This document shows, piece by piece, positions 57,751 through 64,000 of a DNA stretch of 64,000 bases. Origin of the DNA: Candidatus Cloacimonadales bacterium. Its GTDB lineage: Bacteria > Cloacimonadota > Cloacimonadia > Cloacimonadales > JAIOQZ01. Within the stretch, counting starts at the first letter, position 1, and each line of letters begins with the position of its first letter. Under the pieces are notes generated by a model that did not search any database, was not told the origin of the DNA, and worked only from the letters and a program-made list of their open reading frames with translations. The stretch lies in assembly GCA_963674825.1 (NCBI GenBank), contig OY771587.1, forward strand, positions 544,001 to 608,000, in the 5' to 3' direction. The position numbers and the translations under genes were made by a program.

Positions 57751-58854
57751 TCAGATTTCCTGCTGCCTGCTTTGTTTCAACCTGGTGACACGATTGAATG
57801 ATTCCTCCAATTCTGTCATGGAAATTTTCTCACTTTCGACCAATTCCCGTATAACCCGATGAAATTCCTCAACATAATCCGCTGCCGAGTGATCGATATT
57901 GCCGAACAAAACCATATCGTTGTCTGCGTTGATGGTGTGTGTAACAATCTCACTCACATCGTATTGCGCACATAGAGCATTCATCAGAAGATCGTCCGTG
58001 ATAATCACCCCGTCATATCCCCACTTCTCGCGTATAATTTCGCGTACATGCTTTTCCGACATGCTCGCGGGAAATCTGTCGTCGATTCCGGAGTGGAAGA
58101 TATGCGATGTCATGATCATATCCGCATATCCGTTATCAATCAACCGCTTAAAGATATCTCGTTCGGCAGTACTCCAGCACAGCGTAACATCCGTCCAGTC
58201 CAGGTGGGTGTCTTTATCTGCGCTACCATGACCGGGATAGTGCTTGATACAGGTCAGAAGCCCCTGCTCGCGATGCGCATCGATAAAGGATCGTGCATAG
58301 TCATAGACGACATCGGGATCAGCAGAAAAACTGCGGCCATAGTGGCCTATGATTGGGTTATTGGGATTGATATCAAGATCGACAACCGGGCCGAGATTGT
58401 TCGTGAAGCCGTAGTCACGAAGCTGTGTCGCCATCTTGCGATAGGCTTCGAAAGCTTGCTGCGGTGATTTTGTCTCTGCCATTTCCTGGGGGGAAATACA
58501 ATGCATGTCCGGAACGCGTTCGATTTTGCCGCCCTCCTGATCCACCATGATCCAGAGCGGAAATTCTGTTTCGATCTCCTGTAGCTGGCGCATCAGCTCC
58601 GGGAAGCCTTCACCGGTATTATAGCGGAAAAGTATGATCGTGCCGACCATACCGCCCTCGATCTGCTCACGAAGACCGGGATTCTCATCCAGGCTGGTTC
58701 CCATCATGCCAATGCATAGCATCTGTCCGAAATAGCGTTGCAGTTGCATTGTTTCAAGCACCTCGGGCCGGGTATTGGGGGATTCCCGTGTAATCACGAT
58801 CGCAACGGGAATCAGCAAGATCAAGAAAAGAATGACAAGGCTGCTTTTCTGCAT
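57751..58854 (-). CDS. nagZ: GH3 beta-N-acetylhexosaminidase (NagZ-like), N-terminally anchored
   Basis: DQEGG, PVVDL, RSFS, KHYPGHG...DTH and ITDDL.M. Confidence 0.88.
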   Translation of the reverse strand: MQKSSLVILFLILLIPVAIVITRESPNTRPEVLETMQLQRYFGQMLCIGMMGTSLDENPGLREQIEGGMVGTIILFRYNTGEGFPELMRQLQEIETEFPLWIMVDQEGGKIERVPDMHCISPQEMAETKSPQQAFEAYRKMATQLRDYGFTNNLGPVVDLDINPNNPIIGHYGRSFSADPDVVYDYARSFIDAHREQGLLTCIKHYPGHGSADKDTHLDWTDVTLCWSTAERDIFKRLIDNGYADMIMTSHIFHSGIDDRFPASMSEKHVREIIREKWGYDGVIITDDLLMNALCAQYDVSEIVTHTINADNDMVLFGNIDHSAADYVEEFHRVIRELVESEKISMTELEESFNRVTRLKQSRQQEI

Positions 58855-58893
58855 ATCTCCTGAAATCCTCTCGATGGTTCCGACTGGAAATCA

Positions 58894-60174
58894 TCAGAGC
58901 AAATTGATCTCTGTCGCTCGTTTCGTCCTCATGACGGTCTGAATTATATCACTCAGATCTATATGCTCTTCGTAATCTTTCAGGAGATTTATAATCTGGC
59001 ATCTACCGCGCCGGATATCCTTTTCGCTCAAGATTATTGCCAGCGAACATCCATGCTGCCTGGCCCTCTGCCGTGCGCAAACCATGTTATCGCACTTTGA
59101 TTCCAAAATCGTGTGAAAATCGTTTTCGTGAAGCTCCTGCTCGATCTGAAGAAGGTTGAGGTCGAGCCCTTTGTCAAGTGCGCTGACCAGCGTACAGAAG
59201 TCGTTGCGTTCGTTCTGGAAACGCTCCAGACGATCCATAATATTGATCAGCTTAAGTTGGTTCAGCGCGAAGCCCACTGCAGGAAGCTCTTCTCCGCGAA
59301 TCTTTTGGGCAAGAGTATCGTAGCGCCCACCCCCACCAATTGTGATCTCTTCGTCATCAATATTTATAACAAGATTGAACACCGTGCGGTTGTAGTATCC
59401 AAATGGTCTCAATACGCGCTGATCGATCACATAGTCGAGCATCAGGTTTTGCAAGATGCGCTGCACCTTCTCGAAATGGTCACGACAATCATCGCAAAGG
59501 TAATCCTGCATCTTGGGTGCATTTTGAACGACCTGGCTGCATTCCTGGCGATTGCACTGGGTGAATTTGAAGGGATTGAAAAGGACAACACCGTTGCAGT
59601 GGACGCAATCTTCCGCATCCTGCTCTTTCAGAAAATCGTTTAGCGCTCTGATGTAGTTCGGGCGGCATTGATCACAGCCATAGCTTGTCAGGTGAATCTC
59701 CGGTTCGGGTAGCCCAAGTTTGCGGCAGAGGTTGTAGGCGATTTTCATCGCTTCGATATCGGCGATCATAGAGTCGTTCCCGATAATCTCGAAACCGATC
59801 TCGTACACTTGATCAAAAAGTGGTACTGGCATTTCACGTCGGAAGACCGGCCCATGATAGAATACACGCTGAACTTCTTCCTTCGCCATCTCACCGATCT
59901 GTCCAGCTAAAATCGACACGGTGTTTTCGGGACGAAGCGCGAGTTGATCCGGATCGTCTATCATATAGAATAACTCGGCAAGATTCAGCCCGTCATTTTC
60001 CCCAAACGTGTTGTTGAGAATGCTTTCCACTGTCGCCTGTTTCTGCAGGATTGACATACGAACTTCTTTGAAGTTGTACAGTTCAGCGATCTGGCGGACT
60101 CGCCTTTCGATCTCCTGCCATTTCCAGACTTCGTCGGGATAAATATTATGAATGATCGGGTTCTTGATTTTCAT
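58894..60174 (-). CDS. Degenerate histidyl-tRNA synthetase paralog (HisRS/HisZ-like) retaining the C-terminal domain
   Basis: LRPENT, GPVFRRE, YYNRTVF and GGGRYD are present, but the motif 2 and motif 3 residues are lost. Confidence 0.8.
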   Translation of the reverse strand: MKIKNPIIHNIYPDEVWKWQEIERRVRQIAELYNFKEVRMSILQKQATVESILNNTFGENDGLNLAELFYMIDDPDQLALRPENTVSILAGQIGEMAKEEVQRVFYHGPVFRREMPVPLFDQVYEIGFEIIGNDSMIADIEAMKIAYNLCRKLGLPEPEIHLTSYGCDQCRPNYIRALNDFLKEQDAEDCVHCNGVVLFNPFKFTQCNRQECSQVVQNAPKMQDYLCDDCRDHFEKVQRILQNLMLDYVIDQRVLRPFGYYNRTVFNLVINIDDEEITIGGGGRYDTLAQKIRGEELPAVGFALNQLKLINIMDRLERFQNERNDFCTLVSALDKGLDLNLLQIEQELHENDFHTILESKCDNMVCARQRARQHGCSLAIILSEKDIRRGRCQIINLLKDYEEHIDLSDIIQTVMRTKRATEINLL

Positions 60175-60208
60175 CTCGTCCTCGATGTTATTCGTTACAA
60201 AACGCCAT

Positions 60209-60925
60209 TTATTCCTGGTGACCGGTCAGCGTCCACGTCACAGCAAACGGTGAAGACGCGAACTTTGCCCTGATCGGCAGCTTTTTATCGTCACAGGTGA
60301 ACCAGATATACATCGGCACCTCTTCGTTGACCAGATTATTTGTAAGCATATCGCTTCTTTCTTTCTTGCGCTCGGATGTCCGCTGAAAATCGATTCGCAC
60401 TTTCACAGTCTGAACCTTACCCAGTTTCGTGCGGATAACTTCTTTCTCTTCTATTGTTATCCTGGCATTCCATATAAGCGTATTTGCATCCAATGTCACG
60501 ACGCCAACACTATCAAGATCCGCGTGCCGGAGAAAGTATAGCGCAGAAAAAAAATCGCGGCTATCCATCAGAATAGGATACGACGCGTTGCGCGTGCTAT
60601 CGATCCGGCTGATACGATTCGCGACACAAGCCTCTCGATCGTAACTCACCGTACGGTCTTCGCTATATTCATGCTGCCGGATATCCTTGATATATCGATC
60701 TGGCAGATAATCACCCCGGTAATCCGATATATACCGATTATCCATTTCAGAGAAAATCCCAGCGAACGAGGTCGATTTCGCCGTCACCGTCAACCTGGTG
60801 GAATCATCAACCATGACTACATCAACAACGCCGAGACCAAGGTAGTTGATGGTGAATTCCAGCACTTCGGCGTGCAGAAATCCCACTAGAAGAATAAGTA
60901 GCCCTAATGCGAGCCTATTCTTCAT
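60209..60925 (-). CDS. DUF3108-like secreted protein
   Basis: Signal peptide, DFFSALYFLR, T.LG...T.KV and IWFT.D.KKLPIR. Confidence 0.72.
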   Translation of the reverse strand: MKNRLALGLLILLVGFLHAEVLEFTINYLGLGVVDVVMVDDSTRLTVTAKSTSFAGIFSEMDNRYISDYRGDYLPDRYIKDIRQHEYSEDRTVSYDREACVANRISRIDSTRNASYPILMDSRDFFSALYFLRHADLDSVGVVTLDANTLIWNARITIEEKEVIRTKLGKVQTVKVRIDFQRTSERKKERSDMLTNNLVNEEVPMYIWFTCDDKKLPIRAKFASSPFAVTWTLTGHQE

Positions 60926-62192
60926 CCTTCCTTCCGATCAGCTTCAGGCGAACGTAGTTGATCCTGTTTTTCTTGATATTGGCAACCGTGAAAATGGCTC
61001 TACCACCATGCTGAAGCTTCTCGTTTTTCTTCGGCACATGGTTGAACTCACCGTAAAGGAACTCCGCGAGGTTGTCGTACTGGTCAACGTCAAGATCGAG
61101 GTCGAACTCGGCATTGAGCTCCGAGATTGAGTACATACCGCTAAGTATGTATTCCTCACTCGAAACTTTGATCTTGCGCGGTAATTCATTGTCATGCTCA
61201 TCCATGATCTCGCCGAAAACCTCTTCCAGGATATCCTCGAGCGTGATAAGCCCCGCTGTTCCGCCGTATTCATCCACCACGATGGCGATATGGATCTTGG
61301 ATGCCTTGAAGAAGTTGAGCAAGTTCTGGATACTCATATTCTCCGTGGCAAACACCGGCTTACGCATCAGGCGTTGTACGTTTGACGCGGCATCGTTCAT
61401 AATCAAGTCTTTCGCGTAGATGAACCCGACGATATTATCGATAATCCCCTGGTAAACCGGAATACGCGAGTGTCCCGATTCGCTGATCACCTTCTTGACC
61501 TCGCTGATATCGGAATTGATCTCGATTCCCACGATATCCACGCGTGGAATCATGATCTCGCTGGCGTGGGTGGAGGGAAGCCGGATGATGTTGGCAATCA
61601 TCTTTTTCTCGCTCTCGTCCAGCGAATGGTAGGTCGTCTTGGAAGAGATCAGATTGCGAATATCCTCCGATGTGATCCGTGAAGACTGATGATCGATCGG
61701 AACTTCCTTACGCGCGAAAATGATGCTTATCCATTCCAGTAGCTTGATGATGGGATAGAGTACGATCATCATTATGTTCAGGATAATGCCCGAAAATTCT
61801 GCCATCGACTCAGCTTTCGTGAACGCAAGCAACTTAGGAGTCACCTCGCCCACCAGCAGCAGGATGACGGTCATCACGATCACTTCAAGCAGTAGAAGCA
61901 GTTCCGTGTACTGACCGCCTGCGATGTTTTCGCTATATCTCAGCGTGACCATGGCTGCCAAGGACACGGCCACGATATTAACGATCGTATTACCGAAAAG
62001 GATTGTTATAAGCAGCTTACGCGGCGTTTTGAGTAACTTGGCCACGCGCTTGCTGCCACTACTGTTCTTTTTCTCGATTTTCTTGAGTTGTATCTTGGAG
62101 AGCGAGAAAAACGCTGTCTCCGAGCCTGAGAAAAAGGCTGATAATATCAGACAGACGATGATCCCGCTAATGTGTAAAAAACTGTCTTCCAC
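60915..62192 (-). CDS. CNNM/CBS/CorC family protein (hemolysin/GldE-like)
   Basis: [27 protein letters not shown] and [20 protein letters not shown]. Confidence 0.93.
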   Translation of the reverse strand: MEDSFLHISGIIVCLILSAFFSGSETAFFSLSKIQLKKIEKKNSSGSKRVAKLLKTPRKLLITILFGNTIVNIVAVSLAAMVTLRYSENIAGGQYTELLLLLEVIVMTVILLLVGEVTPKLLAFTKAESMAEFSGIILNIMMIVLYPIIKLLEWISIIFARKEVPIDHQSSRITSEDIRNLISSKTTYHSLDESEKKMIANIIRLPSTHASEIMIPRVDIVGIEINSDISEVKKVISESGHSRIPVYQGIIDNIVGFIYAKDLIMNDAASNVQRLMRKPVFATENMSIQNLLNFFKASKIHIAIVVDEYGGTAGLITLEDILEEVFGEIMDEHDNELPRKIKVSSEEYILSGMYSISELNAEFDLDLDVDQYDNLAEFLYGEFNHVPKKNEKLQHGGRAIFTVANIKKNRINYVRLKLIGRKDEE

Positions 62193-62205
62193 CTTTGTTT
62201 CTGTT

Positions 62206-62634
62206 TCACTCCTCGATCTTTTTCCAAATTATTTCGTGTTTTCGATCCATTCGTTCTCGCGAATGTGCTGTGCCGTGATCGTATCCAGCAAGATGCAGCA
62301 ACCCATGTAGAAATAAATATTCCAGTTCCTGCTGAAGAGGTCGCGACTGACGATGTTCATCGGCCCACTGTATTTCGATTACGATATCACCGAGAACCGG
62401 TAGTCCGGGCTGATCGAAGCCAAACGACAGCACGTCGGTGCTGCGCGGTACTCCACGGTATCTGCGGTTCAATTCGCACATATTTTCATGGGTCTCGAAT
62501 AAAAGATTCACATCTTTATTTCTGTCAATGTTTTCCTCTTCGCAGAAAAGATTGAAGACTCGTTCAAAGCGAATATCTTCAACCTCGTACCCTGTACGAT
62601 TCTCGATTGTCAGCATCGCATCAATCCCCGTCAT
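62206..62634 (-). CDS. ybeY: rRNA maturation endoribonuclease YbeY
   Basis: LNRRYRG...TDVLSF, LGDIVI and HGLLHLAGYDH; the start may be 62616. Confidence 0.95.
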   Translation of the reverse strand: MTGIDAMLTIENRTGYEVEDIRFERVFNLFCEEENIDRNKDVNLLFETHENMCELNRRYRGVPRSTDVLSFGFDQPGLPVLGDIVIEIQWADEHRQSRPLQQELEYLFLHGLLHLAGYDHGTAHSRERMDRKHEIIWKKIEE

Positions 62635-64000
62635 CCTCAGGGTACTCGATGCGCATACTGTAAACGCCCTTCAGGATGGGCAACATGTAGCTCTTAACCG
62701 TCTCCAGCTCTTTCAGTGTTATCGGTGCATCCTTCAGCTGTCCGTCGCGGATCAAGCGCACGATGGTATCGTCGAGCACCTTCACGATAGCATCACCGGT
62801 AGGCTGTTTTAGCGACTTGGTCGTCGATTCCACAATATCCGCAATCATGACCAACGCTGCTTCCTTGCTCTGCGGTAGTGGCCCATAGTAGGTGAACTTA
62901 CGGTCATCTACGGTCGGATTAAGTTTTCGCGCCTTATCCAGGAAAAACCGGATGTGGCTGGTCCCGTGATGCTGCTTAATGATATCGATGATCGCGTTTG
63001 GAAGGCCGTGACGCCGCGCCATGCTGATACCGTTGGCCACATGCTCGCGGATCATCACAGAGCTTTCCTCCGGCTCCATATTGTTGTGAATTTCTACCGA
63101 CTGCGCGCTGTTTTCGATAAACAAACGCGGATTATCAACTTTACCGATATCGTGGTAATAGCTTCCCACGCGTGCCAGAAGCGAATCTGCTCCGATCGCA
63201 TCTGCCGCACTTTCGGCGAGGTTTCCCACAATCAGCGAATGCGAGTAAGTACCGGGCGCTTTCTCGGCGAGTTTCTTGAGCAGCGGGTTGTTGAAATCGA
63301 GCAGGTCAAGTAGAACCTGGCGGGTTGCCATCTTCAACCTGCGCTGCACAAACGGCGTGATGAAAATCACGATCAACACCGAAACGAGTGCAGAGATGGA
63401 ACCATAAAGAATCTGCTTGGCGAGCTGCTCCCAATCGCTACTGCGAATCATGAAACTACCTGCGGCAATAACCACATAGGGTATGGCCAGATTGAAGAAA
63501 AGCACCGGCATCGCGAACTTGGTGCGAACTTTTTTCAATGCCAGTAGCGCGCCCAGAATCGCCAGCGTCATGGTCAGCGGGTGGTTGAATTGCCAGCCGT
63601 TGAACTCCGCGACGAACACCATCTGGTAGAAGTTGTAAATGAACGCGATATTGGGATTGAAAATGGTCGCGACGAAAAGCGGTCCAAACGCCAGCGGAAC
63701 CAGCAATTCGCTCAGCCCTGCCACGCGTTTGAAGACCAGCGTTATTATCACCGTGATCAGAATCGTTGCCTGCATGATCACAAGCCGCGTGGTCGATTTC
63801 ATTTCAACCGGGAAATACGCCTTGAGGATCATGAAGAACGAGAACATGACGAACAGGTTAAAGATGCAGATTCCCACGGACGACGCGTAGGCATTAATTT
63901 TCTGCGATACGCCTGCTTTGCCCTCGGTTGCCGGCATGGCGATGAGCTTCTGGTAGTCAGACTCTGTGATGCGCTGGTTCTTGCTAATGATTTTCTCGTT
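62621..64000 (-). CDS. 7TM-HD phosphohydrolase (PgpH-like), 5'-truncated by the window edge
   Basis: TM region, then APGTYSHS, YYHDIGK, FIEN, QHHGT, YYGPLPQSKE and MIAD.VE; sits upstream of ybeY. Confidence 0.9.
   Translation of the reverse strand, partial: NEKIISKNQRITESDYQKLIAMPATEGKAGVSQKINAYASSVGICIFNLFVMFSFFMILKAYFPVEMKSTTRLVIMQATILITVIITLVFKRVAGLSELLVPLAFGPLFVATIFNPNIAFIYNFYQMVFVAEFNGWQFNHPLTMTLAILGALLALKKVRTKFAMPVLFFNLAIPYVVIAAGSFMIRSSDWEQLAKQILYGSISALVSVLIVIFITPFVQRRLKMATRQVLLDLLDFNNPLLKKLAEKAPGTYSHSLIVGNLAESAADAIGADSLLARVGSYYHDIGKVDNPRLFIENSAQSVEIHNNMEPEESSVMIREHVANGISMARRHGLPNAIIDIIKQHHGTSHIRFFLDKARKLNPTVDDRKFTYYGPLPQSKEAALVMIADIVESTTKSLKQPTGDAIVKVLDDTIVRLIRDGQLKDAPITLKELETVKSYMLPILKGVYSMRIEYPEDDGD

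Overview
Bacterial chromosomal window, mostly core genome, from a diderm and probably anaerobic organism. A PorZ-like protein with a FlgD/T9SS-type C-terminal tail, a TonB receptor, hyp genes and a CIRCE suggest an FCB-related lineage such as Cloacimonadota (inference only). From left to right: (1) a 5'-truncated orphan RCK/ACT-like gene beside tRNA-Lys(CTT); (2) a CsgG-PEGA-FGE protein; (3) an HDOD-CheY-CheZ-RR-RR-PAS kinase-sigma54 activator signalling cassette, running into a glycan locus (GNAT, deacetylase, GT4s, WecA-like) with a PorZ-like gene and aroB; (4) the dcw cluster on the minus strand (mraZ to ftsZ, with a MurE-MurF fusion and no ddl), followed by two unannotated small ORFs, a holin-family gene and a degenerate cheD; (5) a RIO kinase flanked by a leader-peptide attenuator and a ~130-nt rod-like hairpin; (6) hypFCDEAB; (7) groEL with CIRCE but no groES; (8) an AT-rich degenerate PRTase, a beta-barrel and tRNA-Ala(GGC); (9) a minus-strand run of 7TM-HD, ybeY, CorC, DUF3108, a pseudo-HisRS, nagZ and a TonB receptor. 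No transposase, integrase, CRISPR array or rRNA was seen. The best novelty candidates are the RNA-regulated RIO kinase locus, the pseudo-HisRS, a divergent MraZ with 10-bp-phased TGAG boxes, the multi-tailed CheZ and the small ORF pair after ftsZ. All calls come from motif reading; no searches were run.
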